DNA from: an uncultured Ectothiorhodospiraceae bacterium
Lineage (GTDB): Bacteria > Pseudomonadota > Gammaproteobacteria > Nitrococcales > Halorhodospiraceae
Assembly (NCBI GenBank): GCA_913055575.1
Contig: CAJXLI010000001.1
Coordinates: 1 to 55,711, forward strand
Reading direction: 5' to 3'
Length of the DNA: 55,711 nt
Part shown: piece by piece, positions 1-11,463 of the stretch
How positions within the stretch are numbered: position 1 is the first letter of the stretch
How the letters are laid out: the number at the start of each line of letters is the position of its first letter
Program-made: the position numbers and the translations under genes
Notes under the pieces: generated by a model
The model's database searches: none
What the model saw: the letters and a program-made list of their open reading frames with translations, nothing else
What the model was told of the DNA's origin: nothing

Positions 1-387
1 ACCGATCCCATTGCCGACATGCTGACCCGGGTACGGAACGCGCACCACGCCGAGAAGGCGGACGTGCGTATGCCGTCGTCCAAGCTCAAGCAGGGTATCG
101 CCGCGGTCCTCCTCGAGGAGGGCTACATCGACGACTACCGTGTGGTCGGTGAAGAGAAGAAGCCAGTCCTGGAGATCACCCTCCGCTACCACCAGGGTCA
201 GGCGGCGATCCGGGAAATCCAGCGCTACAGCCGCCCGGGGTTGCGGGTCTACCGTGGGCGAGATGAGCTGCCGAGCGTGCGCAACGGGCTGGGCACGGCC
301 GTAATCTCCACGTCCAAGGGCGTGATGAGCGACCGCACGGCCCGGACCCAGGGGCACGGCGGCGAGGTTCTCTGCTGGGTCTTCTAG
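1..387 (+). CDS. rpsH: 30S ribosomal protein S8 (5'-partial, start lies before the window)
   Basis: Frame 1 from base 1 reads [14 protein letters not shown]...SRPGLRVY...STSKGVM...GGEVLC, S8 signatures. Confidence 0.98.
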   Translation, partial: TDPIADMLTRVRNAHHAEKADVRMPSSKLKQGIAAVLLEEGYIDDYRVVGEEKKPVLEITLRYHQGQAAIREIQRYSRPGLRVYRGRDELPSVRNGLGTAVISTSKGVMSDRTARTQGHGGEVLCWVF

Positions 388-402
388 ACAGGACGGGCAA
401 TC

Positions 403-942
403 ATGTCAAGAGTCGCAAAGGCGCCCGTGGAGATCCCCTCCAGCGTGGAGGTGGCGCTCCAGGGCAACGACATTTGGGTAAAAGGCCCGAAGGGCGAGAT
501 GGCTTGGCGGTGCCACCAGCTGGTCGAGCCGAGCCAGGACGCGGAGTCCGGCACGCTGACCTTCCAGCCCCGGCAGCGCAGTACTCGCGCCGTGGCCACG
601 ACCGGCACCACCCGCTCTGTCGTGAACAACATGGTGGTTGGTGTCAGCGAGGGCTTCGAGCGCCGGCTCGAGCTCCGCGGCGTCGGCTACCGGGCGCAGG
701 TCGAGGGCAGCACGCTCCACCTGGTGCTCGGCTTCTCCCACCCGGTGCGCTACACGATCCCGGAGGGGGTTAGCGTCGAGTGTCCCTCCCAGACCGAGGT
801 GGTGGTCAGGGGCGCCGACAAGCAGCAGGTCGGCCAGGTGGCCGCCCAGATCCGTGGATTCCGCCCGCCGGAGCCGTACAAGGGCAAGGGCGTGCGCTAC
901 GCCGACGAGCGGGTGGCCCTCAAGGAAGCCAAGAAGAAGTAG
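403..942 (+). CDS. rplF: 50S ribosomal protein L6
   Basis: [35 protein letters not shown]; spc operon order. Confidence 0.98.
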   Translation: MSRVAKAPVEIPSSVEVALQGNDIWVKGPKGEMAWRCHQLVEPSQDAESGTLTFQPRQRSTRAVATTGTTRSVVNNMVVGVSEGFERRLELRGVGYRAQVEGSTLHLVLGFSHPVRYTIPEGVSVECPSQTEVVVRGADKQQVGQVAAQIRGFRPPEPYKGKGVRYADERVALKEAKKK

Positions 943-957
943 GCGGTGGGGACGAAG

Positions 958-1311
958 ATGGACAAGAAGACAGCACGCATGCGGCGCGCGCGCAAGACTC
1001 GCGGGCGCATCCGCGAGGCCGGTGCCTACCGGCTCTCGGTCCACCGCACCCCGCGCCACATCTACGCGCAGGTGCAGCAACCGGATGGCGCCCAGACCCT
1101 GGCGGCCGCCTCGACGGTGGAGCCGTCGCTGCGCCGGCGCGACGGGGGCACCGGGAACGTGGACGCCGCGCAGGAGGTGGGCCGGCTGATCGCCGAGCGC
1201 GCCAAGGAGGCCGGCATCGAGGAAGTGGCCTTCGACCGCGCGGGCTTTCAGTACCACGGCCGGGTGCGGGCGCTGGCCGAGGCCGCGCGCGAAGCCGGAC
1301 TGAAGTTCTAG
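958..1311 (+). CDS. rplR: 50S ribosomal protein L18
   Basis: [11 protein letters not shown] (ATG 958 preferred over GTG 946), [34 protein letters not shown]. Confidence 0.97.
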   Translation: MDKKTARMRRARKTRGRIREAGAYRLSVHRTPRHIYAQVQQPDGAQTLAAASTVEPSLRRRDGGTGNVDAAQEVGRLIAERAKEAGIEEVAFDRAGFQYHGRVRALAEAAREAGLKF

Positions 1312-1326
1312 CTAGGGGCGAAGACT

Positions 1327-1830
1327 ATGGCGAACGGTGAGCAAACCAGCGCGGACAACCTTCGCGAGAAGCTCATTACCATCAACCGGGTGGCGAAGGT
1401 CGTCCAGGGCGGCCGGCAGTTCGGCTTCACGGCGCTGACCGTGGTCGGCGACGGTGAAGGCCGGGTCGGCTTTGGCTACGGCAAGGCCCGCGAGGTCCCG
1501 TCGGCGATCCAGAAGGCCATGGAGCGTGCCCGCAGCGAGATGCAAACCGTGCCGCTCGACGGCGCCACGCTGCGCTATCCGATTACGCACTACCACGGCG
1601 CCAGCAAGGTCTTCATGAAGCCCGCCTCCCCGGGTACCGGCATCATCGCCGGCGGCGCCATGCGCGCGGCCTTCGAGGTAGTCGGGATCCAGGACGTGCT
1701 CGCCAAGTCCGTGGGCTCCCGCAACCCGATCAACGTGGTGCGGGCCACGGTCAACGGGCTCGCCTCCATGGACTCCCCCGAGGCGGTGGCTGCTCGGCGG
1801 GGTAAGTCGGTCGAGGAGATTACGGGCTGA
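1327..1830 (+). CDS. rpsE: 30S ribosomal protein S5
   Basis: [34 protein letters not shown]. Confidence 0.98.
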   Translation: MANGEQTSADNLREKLITINRVAKVVQGGRQFGFTALTVVGDGEGRVGFGYGKAREVPSAIQKAMERARSEMQTVPLDGATLRYPITHYHGASKVFMKPASPGTGIIAGGAMRAAFEVVGIQDVLAKSVGSRNPINVVRATVNGLASMDSPEAVAARRGKSVEEITG

Positions 1831-1832
1831 TT

Positions 1833-2021
1833 ATGGCTAACGGAAAGCGACTCCAGGTCACGCTGCGGCGCAGCACCAACGGGCGGGTCTACAAGCACCG
1901 GCAGTGCGTCGCCGGGCTCGGCCTGCGCCGTATGCACCAGACGGTTACCGTGGAAGACACCCCGGAGAATCGCGGCATGATCCGGAAGGTGGCCCATATG
2001 CTGGAAGTTCAGGAGGCGTAA
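1833..2021 (+). CDS. rpmD: 50S ribosomal protein L30
   Basis: 62 aa, [20 protein letters not shown]; between rpsE and rplO. Confidence 0.96.
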   Translation: MANGKRLQVTLRRSTNGRVYKHRQCVAGLGLRRMHQTVTVEDTPENRGMIRKVAHMLEVQEA

Positions 2022-2461
2022 TGCGGCTCAATAACCTGTCGCCAGCCCCGGGGAGCCAGCCGGATGCCAAGCGCGTCGGCCGCGGCGAGGGCAGCGGCCT
2101 AGGCAAGACCTGTGCACGCGGCCACAACGGCCAGCGCAGCCGCTCCGGCGGTTACCACAAGGTGGGCTTTGAGGGCGGCCAGATGCCGCTCCAGCGGCGC
2201 ATCCCGAAGTTCGGCTTCCGCTCCCGGAAAGACCTGCGCACCACCGAGGTCCGCCTCCACGAGATCGCCAAGGTCGCCGGTGACACGGTCGATCTCCAGA
2301 CGCTGCGCGATGCGGGCGTGGTGCGCAAGAACATGGCGCGCGTGAAGGTCATCGCCTCGGGGCGTATCGACCGCGCCGTCACCGTGCGCGGGGTCAAGGT
2401 GACCAAGGGCGCCCGGGAGGCCATCGAGGCGGTCGGCGGCCAAGTCGCCGAGGAGGACTGA
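2021..2461 (+). CDS. rplO: 50S ribosomal protein L15
   Basis: ATG 2021 overlaps the rpmD stop (TAATG) after an AGGAGG SD; [43 protein letters not shown]. Confidence 0.97.
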   Translation: MRLNNLSPAPGSQPDAKRVGRGEGSGLGKTCARGHNGQRSRSGGYHKVGFEGGQMPLQRRIPKFGFRSRKDLRTTEVRLHEIAKVAGDTVDLQTLRDAGVVRKNMARVKVIASGRIDRAVTVRGVKVTKGAREAIEAVGGQVAEED

Positions 2462-2462
2462 G

Positions 2463-3806
<1,344 letters not shown>

Positions 3807-3924
3807 ATCGGTCAGTGCAAAGGTGGCCGCAGGGTAGCGTCGGGGCGCCGAGGACTGGTATCCTTGCGCGCCTTTGGCGCTACCCGCAATGGCGGTCGCC
3901 CCTGAGACTCTGGAGAGAGGCGAG

Positions 3925-4038
3925 ATGAAAGTCAGTGCATCGGTCAAGCGGATTTGCCGGAACTGCAAGATCGTGAAGCGGCGCGGGACCGTACGGGTGA
4001 TCTGCTCGGAGCCGCGCCACAAGCAGCGCCAGGGCTGA
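3925..4038 (+). CDS. rpmJ: 50S ribosomal protein L36 (zinc-binding C+ type); too short for the ORF track
   Basis: Translated by hand: [48 protein letters not shown] upstream. Confidence 0.97.
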   Translation: MKVSASVKRICRNCKIVKRRGTVRVICSEPRHKQRQG

Positions 4039-4109
4039 ATCCGGCGGGGATACGGCCCGCCAGGATCGGACACGGCACCACAAGCGCGAATCACGGGAGA
4101 GTAGGCCCC

Positions 4110-4469
4110 ATGGCCCGAATCGCAGGCATCAACTTACCGACGAACAAGCAGGCGTGGGTCGCGCTGACCTCGATCTACGGCGTCGGCCAGACGCGCGCGC
4201 TGAGCATCTGTGACGCGGCCGGCGTGGCCCGGCACCGGCGGGTCCGCGACCTCGACGACAGCGAGGTCGAGGCGCTGCGCCAAGAGGTCGGCAACTACGT
4301 CATTGAGGGTGACCTGCGCCGTTCGGTGGCGATGGATATCAAGCGGCTGATGGACCTCGGCTGCTACCGCGGCATGCGGCACCGCCGCGGGCTGCCGGTG
4401 CAGGGCCAGCAGACGCAGACCAACGCTCGGACCCGCAAAGGGCCGCGCCGCGGTCCCGCCAGCCGCTAA
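4110..4469 (+). CDS. rpsM: 30S ribosomal protein S13
   Basis: [47 protein letters not shown]. Confidence 0.98.
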   Translation: MARIAGINLPTNKQAWVALTSIYGVGQTRALSICDAAGVARHRRVRDLDDSEVEALRQEVGNYVIEGDLRRSVAMDIKRLMDLGCYRGMRHRRGLPVQGQQTQTNARTRKGPRRGPASR

Positions 4470-4541
4470 ACGGGGCAGGCAACAGACAACGCGTGGCCCG
4501 GATCGGCGCCGCGTTCAGAGTGGACACGGGAACAGAGACCT

Positions 4542-4937
4542 ATGGCGAAGGCATCCAGCCGCGGCAGCGGCAAGAAGAAAGTCAAGCGCACAGTCAGCGA
4601 CGGCGTCGCGCACATCAACGCGACGTTCAACAATACGCTGATCACCATCACGGACCGGCAAGGCAATGCGCTTTCCTGGGCGAGCGCCGGCGGCAGTGGC
4701 TTCAAGGGCTCGCGCAAGAGTACGCCCTTCGCCGCCCAGGTGGCCTCCGAGTCGGCCGGGCGATCCGCGCAGGACTACGGCCTGAAGAACCTCGAGGTCC
4801 GCGTCAAGGGCCCGGGGCCCGGGCGCGAGTCCGCCGTGCGCGCGCTGAACGCCGTCGGCTACCGCATCACGAACATCGCCGACGTCTCGCCCATCCCGCA
4901 CAACGGTTGCCGGCCGCCTAAGAAGCGGCGGGTCTGA
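4542..4937 (+). CDS. rpsK: 30S ribosomal protein S11
   Basis: [49 protein letters not shown]. Confidence 0.98.
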   Translation: MAKASSRGSGKKKVKRTVSDGVAHINATFNNTLITITDRQGNALSWASAGGSGFKGSRKSTPFAAQVASESAGRSAQDYGLKNLEVRVKGPGPGRESAVRALNAVGYRITNIADVSPIPHNGCRPPKKRRV

Positions 4938-4953
4938 GGAGGAAGCGCTCGCC

Positions 4954-5577
4954 ATGGCGAAGTATATCGGTCCCAAGTGCAAGCTGATGCGCCGCGAGAA
5001 GACCGACCTGTTCCTCAAGAGCGGGGTCCGGTCGGTGGATACCAAGTGCAAGCTCGAGCAGCCCCCGGGGCAGCACGGGCAGCGCCGCGGCGGCCGGCAA
5101 TCCGACTACGGCCTGCAGCTGCGCGAGAAGCAGAAGGTCCGCCGCATGTACGGCATCATGGAGCGGCAGTTCCGCAACTACTACAAGGCTGCTGCCAGCC
5201 GCAAGGAGGCGACCGGCACGGTGCTGCTGCAGCTGCTCGAGAGCCGCCTGGACAACGTGGTCTACCGCATGGGGTTCGGTAGCACCCGCGCCGAGGCGCG
5301 CCAGCTGGTGAGCCACCGCGGGATCCTGGTCAACGGCCGGGTGGTGAACATCCCGTCCTATCAGGTCCAGCCCGGCGACACGGTCTCCGTCAAGGAGAAG
5401 GCGCAGAAGCAGCTGCGCGTCCAGGCCGCCCTGGAGCTGACCCAGCAGAGCGGCTGGGTCCCGTGGGTCGAGGTCGACGCCAACAAGATGGAGGGCGTCT
5501 ACAAGCAGGCCCCGGATCGCGCGGACCTGTCCCAGGAGATCAACGAGTCGCTGATCGTCGAGCTGTACTCCAAGTAA
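4954..5577 (+). CDS. rpsD: 30S ribosomal protein S4
   Basis: [45 protein letters not shown]. Confidence 0.98.
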   Translation: MAKYIGPKCKLMRREKTDLFLKSGVRSVDTKCKLEQPPGQHGQRRGGRQSDYGLQLREKQKVRRMYGIMERQFRNYYKAAASRKEATGTVLLQLLESRLDNVVYRMGFGSTRAEARQLVSHRGILVNGRVVNIPSYQVQPGDTVSVKEKAQKQLRVQAALELTQQSGWVPWVEVDANKMEGVYKQAPDRADLSQEINESLIVELYSK

Positions 5578-5602
5578 CAACCCCAACTGCAAGGTGTCGT
5601 CC

Positions 5603-6601
5603 ATGAAGGGGTACCTGAAGGACTTTCTGAAGCCGCGCTCGGTGGACATCGAGCCGGTCTCGGACAACCGCGCCAAGGTCGTGCTGGAGCCGCTGGAGCG
5701 GGGCTTCGGCCACACGCTGGGCAACGCCCTGCGGCGGCTGCTGCTCTCCTCCATGCCCGGGACCGCGGTCACCGAGGTCGAGATCGATGGCGTGCAGCAC
5801 GAGTACACGGCGGTCGAGGGCATCCACGAGGACACCGTGGACATCCTGCTCAACCTCAAGGAGCTCGCCGTCCGGCTCCACGAGCGGGACTCGGTGACCC
5901 TGACCCTGCACAAGCAGGGGCCGGGGGCGGTCACGGCCGCCGATATCGAGACGGACCACAACGTCGAGATCCAGAACCCGGACCTGCACATCGCGACGAT
6001 CACCCACGAGCAGCCCTTCCAGGCGTCGCTCAAGGTCGAGCGCGGCCGGGGCTACGTGCCGGTGACCGCCCGCGAGGAGGAGGACAACCGCACCATCGGG
6101 CACCTGGCGCTGGACGCGAGCTTCAGCCCGGTGCGCCGCGTCTCCTACGCCGTCGAGAGCGCCCGTGTCGAGCAGCGCACCGACCTGGACAAGCTCGTCC
6201 TGGACATCGAGACCGACGGCGTCGTCACCCCGGAGGAGGCGGTGAAGTTCGCCGCCGGGCTGCTGCGCGATCAGCTGTCCGTGTTCGTGGACCTCGAGGG
6301 CGGCATGCTGGATGCCGGCGAGGACCAGGAGGAGCCGGAGATCGATCCGGTGCTGCTGCGCCCCATCGACGATCTCGAGCTCACGGTGCGCTCGGCCAAC
6401 TGCCTCAAGGCGGAGAGCATCCACTACGTCGGCGATCTCGTCCAGCGCACCGAGGTGGAGCTGCTCAAGACGCCGAACCTCGGCAAGAAGTCGCTCAACG
6501 AGATCAAGGAGACGCTCGCCGAGCACGGTCTGGAGCTGGGGATGCAGCTGGACAACTGGCCGCCGCCGTCCCTCGGCGACCGCGCCCGTATCGCCGGCTA
6601 A
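5603..6601 (+). CDS. rpoA: RNA polymerase alpha subunit
   Basis: [42 protein letters not shown], alpha-[30 protein letters not shown]. Confidence 0.98.
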   Translation: MKGYLKDFLKPRSVDIEPVSDNRAKVVLEPLERGFGHTLGNALRRLLLSSMPGTAVTEVEIDGVQHEYTAVEGIHEDTVDILLNLKELAVRLHERDSVTLTLHKQGPGAVTAADIETDHNVEIQNPDLHIATITHEQPFQASLKVERGRGYVPVTAREEEDNRTIGHLALDASFSPVRRVSYAVESARVEQRTDLDKLVLDIETDGVVTPEEAVKFAAGLLRDQLSVFVDLEGGMLDAGEDQEEPEIDPVLLRPIDDLELTVRSANCLKAESIHYVGDLVQRTEVELLKTPNLGKKSLNEIKETLAEHGLELGMQLDNWPPPSLGDRARIAG

Positions 6602-6623
6602 ACCGTCTCAAAGGAACAACGCC

Positions 6624-7028
6624 ATGCGCCATCGTAAAGCAGGACGTCACCTCAACCGGGACAACGAGCACCGCAAGGCGATGCTCAAGAACCTCGCCGC
6701 TGCGCTCTTCCGCGAGGAGGAGATCCGCACGACGGTGCCCAAGGCCAAGGAGCTGCGCCGCGTCGCGGAGCCGCTGATCACCCTCGCCAAGGAGGACAGC
6801 ACGGCCAACCGGCGCCTCGCCTTCGCGCGCCTGCGCGACAAGGAGATGACCACCAAGCTCTTCGAGGAGCTCGGGCCGCACTTCAAGGAGCGCCCCGGCG
6901 GCTACATGCGCATCATGCGCTGCGGCTACCGCAAGGGGGACGGCGCCCCCATGGCCATCGTGCAGCTGGTGGACCGTGAGGAGGCCATCGCGGCGCGGCG
7001 CGGCGCCGAGGAGACCGCGGAGGCCTGA
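6624..7028 (+). CDS. rplQ: 50S ribosomal protein L17
   Basis: [52 protein letters not shown]. Confidence 0.98.
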   Translation: MRHRKAGRHLNRDNEHRKAMLKNLAAALFREEEIRTTVPKAKELRRVAEPLITLAKEDSTANRRLAFARLRDKEMTTKLFEELGPHFKERPGGYMRIMRCGYRKGDGAPMAIVQLVDREEAIAARRGAEETAEA

Positions 7029-7032
7029 CGGC

Positions 7033-7803
7033 ATGAGCGCCGGAGGGGGAGCAGCCGACCGCTCCGGCGCCGTCTTCCTGCTGACGGACTACACCCTGCA
7101 GGGCCCCTACGTCGGCCAGCTCCACGGCCGCATCCTGCAGGCCACGGCCCCGCCGCCGCAGGCCATCGACCTGATGCACGACGCACCGGCCTTCCGGCCG
7201 GACCGTGCCGCCTACCTCCTGGCCGCCATCCTCCCCCATCTGCCCGCGCACGCGGCGGTCCTGGCCGTCGTCGACCCGGGAGTCGGCACGGACCGCCACG
7301 CCCTGGCGATGCAGGTCGACGGGCGCTGGCTGGTGGGCCCCGACAACGGCCTGCTCGCGGTTGCGGCCGGGCGCGCGGAGCGCGTCCAGGCCTACCGCCT
7401 CCCGCCGCCGGCCGCCGACACCCCGGCCACCTTCCACGGCCGCGACGTCTTCGCCGACGTCGCCGCGGTAGCGGCCAGCCACGGCACGGTGCCGGCGGGC
7501 GCCACCGCCGTGGCCCATTGGCAGGGCCAGGACTGGCCGGCCGACTGGGACGCCGTGATCTACCAGGACGGCTTCGGCAACCTGATCACCGGCCGCCGCG
7601 CGGCCACCGTGGCCCCGGGGGCGTCGCTGGCCATGGCCGGCTGCCGCCTGCCGGGGGTGGCGAAGTTCGCCGACGTCGCGCCCGGCGAGGCCTGCTGGTA
7701 CGCCAACGCCATGGGCCTGGTGGAGGTGGCGGTCAACGCCGGCTCCGCCGCCGAGGCCCTCGCCGTCGGCCCCGGCGCGGCGCTCCACTGGAGCGGCGCT
7801 TGA
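7033..7803 (+). CDS. DUF62-family SAM hydrolase (SAM hydroxide adenosyltransferase; chlorinase/fluorinase superfamily)
   Basis: LLTDY..PYVG, VVDPGVGTDR, GPDNGLL, TFHGRDVFA, DGFGNLIT, GLVEVAVNAGSAA. Confidence 0.9.
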   Translation: MSAGGGAADRSGAVFLLTDYTLQGPYVGQLHGRILQATAPPPQAIDLMHDAPAFRPDRAAYLLAAILPHLPAHAAVLAVVDPGVGTDRHALAMQVDGRWLVGPDNGLLAVAAGRAERVQAYRLPPPAADTPATFHGRDVFADVAAVAASHGTVPAGATAVAHWQGQDWPADWDAVIYQDGFGNLITGRRAATVAPGASLAMAGCRLPGVAKFADVAPGEACWYANAMGLVEVAVNAGSAAEALAVGPGAALHWSGA

Positions 7804-7902
7804 CGCCGCCCGGGGCCGCGCTGCGGTCGGCCGGGCCCGAGCGCGGCTCCCGGGGAGCCGCCCCCGGCGACGGTATGCCCGCCGCTAGCCCCGCCAGCGC
7901 TC

Positions 7903-7911
7903 TGCTATAAT
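7903..7911 (+). promoter_or_regulatory. Extended -10 sigma70 promoter element for mdh
   Basis: TGcTATAAT, a perfect consensus in GC-rich intergenic DNA 63 nt upstream of the mdh ATG. Confidence 0.7.
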
Positions 7912-7974
7912 GCCCGCCTTTAGAGACGCGCCCGCCACTGCCGAGGGGCACCGACACCAGACGAGGAGAGAGCC

Positions 7975-8955
7975 ATGAAAGCACCCGTCCGCGTCGCCGT
8001 CACCGGGGCCGCCGGACAGATCGGCTACAGCCTGCTGTTCCGTATCGCTGCCGGCGATATGCTCGGCAAGGATCAGCCGGTGATCCTGCAGCTGCTCGAG
8101 ATCCCCCAGGCGCAGGAGGCGCTGCAGGGTACCGTCATGGAGCTCGAGGATTGCGCCTTCCCGCTGGTCGCCGGGATCACCGCCTCCGACCAGGCCGAGG
8201 AGGCCTTCCGGGACGCCGACTACGTCCTGCTCGTCGGCGCCAAGCCCCGCGGCCCGGGCATGGAGCGCAAGGACCTCCTCGAGGCCAACGCCGCCATCTT
8301 CTCCGCTCAGGGGGAGGCGCTGAACGCCGTCGCCAGCCGCCAGGTCAAGGTCCTCGCCGTAGGCAACCCGGCCAATACCAACGCCCTGATCACCCAGCGC
8401 AACGCCCCCGACCTCGATCCGCGCCATTTCACCGCCATGACGCGGCTCGACCACAACCGGGCCCTGGCGCAGCTGGCCGGCAAGCTCGGCTGCCACACCA
8501 ACGACATCCAGGGGCTCGCGGTCTGGGGCAACCACTCCGCAACCCAGTATCCGGACATCAGCCACTGCACCGTCCACGGCAAGCCGGCGGCGGAGCAGGT
8601 CGACCACGCCTGGGTGCGGGATACCTTCATCCCCACCGTGCAGCAGCGGGGCGCGGCCATCATCAAGGCCCGCGGCGCCTCCAGTGCCGCCTCCGCGGCG
8701 AGCGCCGCCATCGACCACATGCGCCTCTGGGCCCTGGGCACCGGCGAGGGCGAGTGGACGAGCATGGCGGTGCCCTCCGACGGCAGCTACGGGATCGAGG
8801 CGGGCCTAATCTACTCCTTCCCCGTCACCTGCAGCGGCGGCGACTATCGGATCGTGCCGGACCTGGCGGTCGACGCCTTCAGCCGTGAGCGCATGGACGA
8901 GACCGCCCGCGAGCTCGCCGGGGAGCGCGACGCCGTCGCGCACCTGCTGCCCTGA
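7975..8955 (+). CDS. mdh: Malate dehydrogenase (type 2)
   Basis: [65 protein letters not shown]. Confidence 0.97.
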   Translation: MKAPVRVAVTGAAGQIGYSLLFRIAAGDMLGKDQPVILQLLEIPQAQEALQGTVMELEDCAFPLVAGITASDQAEEAFRDADYVLLVGAKPRGPGMERKDLLEANAAIFSAQGEALNAVASRQVKVLAVGNPANTNALITQRNAPDLDPRHFTAMTRLDHNRALAQLAGKLGCHTNDIQGLAVWGNHSATQYPDISHCTVHGKPAAEQVDHAWVRDTFIPTVQQRGAAIIKARGASSAASAASAAIDHMRLWALGTGEGEWTSMAVPSDGSYGIEAGLIYSFPVTCSGGDYRIVPDLAVDAFSRERMDETARELAGERDAVAHLLP

Positions 8956-9011
8956 GGCCCTCGGCGGCCCGCGGGTCGAGCCGACCAGCCCGAACAGGAG
9001 GTTCCCGCAGT

Positions 9012-9686
9012 ATGGACCTGTCATCCATCCGCAGCGCCTACCGGCGCTACGCCCGCTACTACGACAGCTCCTTCGGCCGGGTCTTCGCGCCCGGCCGCAA
9101 GTACACCATGCAGTTCCTCAACGCCGAGCCGGACCGCCGGATCCTGGAGGTCGGCGTCGGCACGGGCATCTCCCTGCCCGAGCATCGGCGCGACACCACC
9201 ATCGTCGGCGTCGACATCAGCCCCGATATGCTCGAGATCGCCCGCAAGCGGGTTGAGGAGCACGGGCTGACCAACGTCGAGGGGCTCTACGAGATGGACG
9301 CCGAGGCCCTCGATTTCCCGGACGACGCCTTCGATGTCGTGGTGGCGATGTACGTCGCCTCGGTGGTGCCGGACCCGGAGCGCTTCGTCGACGAGTGCCG
9401 CCGGGTCTGCAAGCCGGGCGGGGAGATCCTCATCATCAACCACTTCGCCTCGCAGCAGCCGCTGATCCGCGGCCTCGAGAAGGCGATCCGGCCGCTGTCC
9501 AGGCTCCTCGGCTTCCGCCCGGACATGGAGCTGGATGACCTCCCGCAGCGCCCCGGCTTCGAGTGCCTCGGCGTCTACCCGGCGCACTTCTTCGGCTACT
9601 GGAAGCTGGTGCGCTATCGCAACGGGGTCTCGGGCGCGCCCACCTCGGAGGACGAGGCGGAGGAAGTGCTGCTCGAGGCGAGCTGA
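9012..9686 (+). CDS. pmtA: Phosphatidylethanolamine N-methyltransferase-like class I SAM methyltransferase (Rhodobacter PmtA type)
   Basis: AYRRYARYYDSSFG, LEVGVGTGISL, VVAMYVASVVPDP, CKPGGEILIINHF; adjacent to psd. Confidence 0.75.
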   Translation: MDLSSIRSAYRRYARYYDSSFGRVFAPGRKYTMQFLNAEPDRRILEVGVGTGISLPEHRRDTTIVGVDISPDMLEIARKRVEEHGLTNVEGLYEMDAEALDFPDDAFDVVVAMYVASVVPDPERFVDECRRVCKPGGEILIINHFASQQPLIRGLEKAIRPLSRLLGFRPDMELDDLPQRPGFECLGVYPAHFFGYWKLVRYRNGVSGAPTSEDEAEEVLLEAS

Positions 9687-10651
9687 GCCGCCTCCCGGCC
9701 GTGGGCAGGCGGGGGCGCCGCGCCCCGGTCGCCGAGGGCGCGATCCCCGGCCTCGCCGGGGGCAGGGCAGCCCGCCAGCCTGCCGATGGCCTCCCCCATC
9801 CGTACCCGACGGCCCGGCTCGAGGTCGTCCGCCCAGGCCACGGTCCCGGCGGGCAGGATCAGGATGATCGTGGAGCCGAGGTTGAAGCGGCCGAGCTCGT
9901 CGCCGCGCTGGAAGCGGGGGCCCTGCCCGCCGGGGTAGTCGCGCCGGCGGCCGGGCGGGTCGCCCACCTCGCCACCCCAGGCGGTCTCGATGCTGCCGAC
10001 GTTCACGGCGCCGACGGGGATGTAGGCGAGGGGCCCGGCGGCGGTCTGCCAGCAGGTGACGTGGCGCTCGTTGCGGACGAAGAGCCCGGGGATGCTGCGC
10101 ACGGCCGCGGGGGCGACGGTGAGCAGGCGGCCGGGGACGTGGCGCTCGGCCATCAACCGGGCGTCGAGCGGGGCGTGGAAGCGGTGGTAGTCGCGCGGTG
10201 ACAGGTAGAGGGTGACGAAGGCGCCGTCGCGGAAGGGGGCCGGATCGAGGCCGCCGAGGAGCTCGGCGACCGTGTAGGGGAGCCCCTTGGCCTGCAGGAG
10301 CTGCTCGCCGTCCAGGTGCCCGGCGGCGCTGACGGTGCCGTCGCAGGGGCAGGCCAGCGCCCGCGGGTCCTCGGGCAGCGGCCGGGCGCCGGGGCGCAGG
10401 GCGCGGGTGAACAGGGCGTTGAGGCTCGGGTACGCCTCGGGCGCGGCGGCCATGGCCTCGCCGAGGTCGAGGCCGTGGCGCCGGACGAGGAGGCGGTTGA
10501 GGCGGTCCTTGAGGGCCGGGCGCCGGATCCGGGCGAGGCGCCGGGTCAGCGCCGACAGCAGCCGGGTGGGCAGCAGGCGGTGGCCGGCGCCGCGTAGCCG
10601 GTCGGCCGGCCCGGCGGCCGGCTCGGTGCGGGGCTCGGGCGGTGCGCTCAT
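9614..10651 (-). CDS. psd: Phosphatidylserine decarboxylase proenzyme
   Basis: FTRALRPGARP, QAKGLPY, LYLSPRDYHRFHAP, RNER, VGAVNVGSI, GRFNLGST autocleavage motif. Confidence 0.95.
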   Translation of the reverse strand: MSAPPEPRTEPAAGPADRLRGAGHRLLPTRLLSALTRRLARIRRPALKDRLNRLLVRRHGLDLGEAMAAAPEAYPSLNALFTRALRPGARPLPEDPRALACPCDGTVSAAGHLDGEQLLQAKGLPYTVAELLGGLDPAPFRDGAFVTLYLSPRDYHRFHAPLDARLMAERHVPGRLLTVAPAAVRSIPGLFVRNERHVTCWQTAAGPLAYIPVGAVNVGSIETAWGGEVGDPPGRRRDYPGGQGPRFQRGDELGRFNLGSTIILILPAGTVAWADDLEPGRRVRMGEAIGRLAGCPAPGEAGDRALGDRGAAPPPAHGREAAQLASSSTSSASSSEVGAPETPLR

Positions 10652-11340
10652 CGCTGCAGGAGGTAGTCGACGAGGCTGCCGCGGTGGTGCTGCATCAGGG
10701 TGTGCAGGTCCTGGGCGATGAGCTCCGGATGGAGGGGCGGCATGAGCAGGGCCGTCAGCTCGCCGTCCGGATTCACCACCAGCAGCGCCTGCCGCGGCTG
10801 GATGGTGTAGCTGCCCGGCTCGCCGGCGCGCTCGCTGTAGCGGACGCCGACGCTGGCGGCCAGCTCGCGGATGCGCGCCGGCTCGCCGGTCAGGCCGTGG
10901 AAGGCCGCCGGGTAGTCGGCCAGGAAGCGGGACAGCTCCCGGGGATCGTCGTGGCCCGGATCGACGGTGATCAGGGCGATCTCCAGCCGCTGCGCCAGGT
11001 GCACGCGGGTCAGCAGCTCGCGGGCGCTGTGGAGCAGCCCCAGGGTGTTCGGCGTGGCCGCCTCGGAGCGGGTGTAGCCGAAGGTCAGCACCGTCCAGTG
11101 GTCGTTCAGCCCCACGGCGGTGAAGGGCTCGCCGTTCTGGTCCACCAGCTGGAAGTCGGCGATGGGGCGGCCGTCCTCCAGGTAGGTGCCCCGGATATCC
11201 GGGGTGCTGGGCTCCGGCTGCAGGCCGGTGGCCGCCAGCCAGACCCCGACGACCGCCGCCAGGACCGAGGCGACGGCGAGCAGGGCGCCCATGACGGGCC
11301 TCGGCGCGGCTGGCTCCTCATCCGGGTGGTTTGCCGGCAT
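10648..11340 (-). CDS. SCO1/SenC-fold membrane-anchored protein lacking the CxxxC motif
   Basis: ATG 11340 with a GGAGGA SD; TM helix, DFQLVDQNGEPF, FGYT, LITVDPGHD, HGLTG, LVVNPDG; stop overlaps the psd ATG. Confidence 0.85.
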   Translation of the reverse strand: MPANHPDEEPAAPRPVMGALLAVASVLAAVVGVWLAATGLQPEPSTPDIRGTYLEDGRPIADFQLVDQNGEPFTAVGLNDHWTVLTFGYTRSEAATPNTLGLLHSARELLTRVHLAQRLEIALITVDPGHDDPRELSRFLADYPAAFHGLTGEPARIRELAASVGVRYSERAGEPGSYTIQPRQALLVVNPDGELTALLMPPLHPELIAQDLHTLMQHHRGSLVDYLLQR

Positions 11341-11463
11341 GGGGCGCGTATCCTCCAATGGCGTTCGACGAGCGCCGTCCGGCGGCTGGATGCACGGGCC
11401 GCCAGGGCAGTGGCACCTTGATCGGCTATCATAACTGAAGCCGCAACGCTGAGGGAGGCAACC

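Noticed and set aside
7033-7803. Fluorinase or chlorinase call
   Set aside because: The His-containing TFHGRD motif and the Asp/Arg residues fit DUF62 hydrolases, and there is no secondary-metabolite context.
7804-7870. Rho-independent terminator after the DUF62 gene
   Set aside because: GC-rich inverted repeats are present but no U tract follows, and such repeats arise easily at this GC content.
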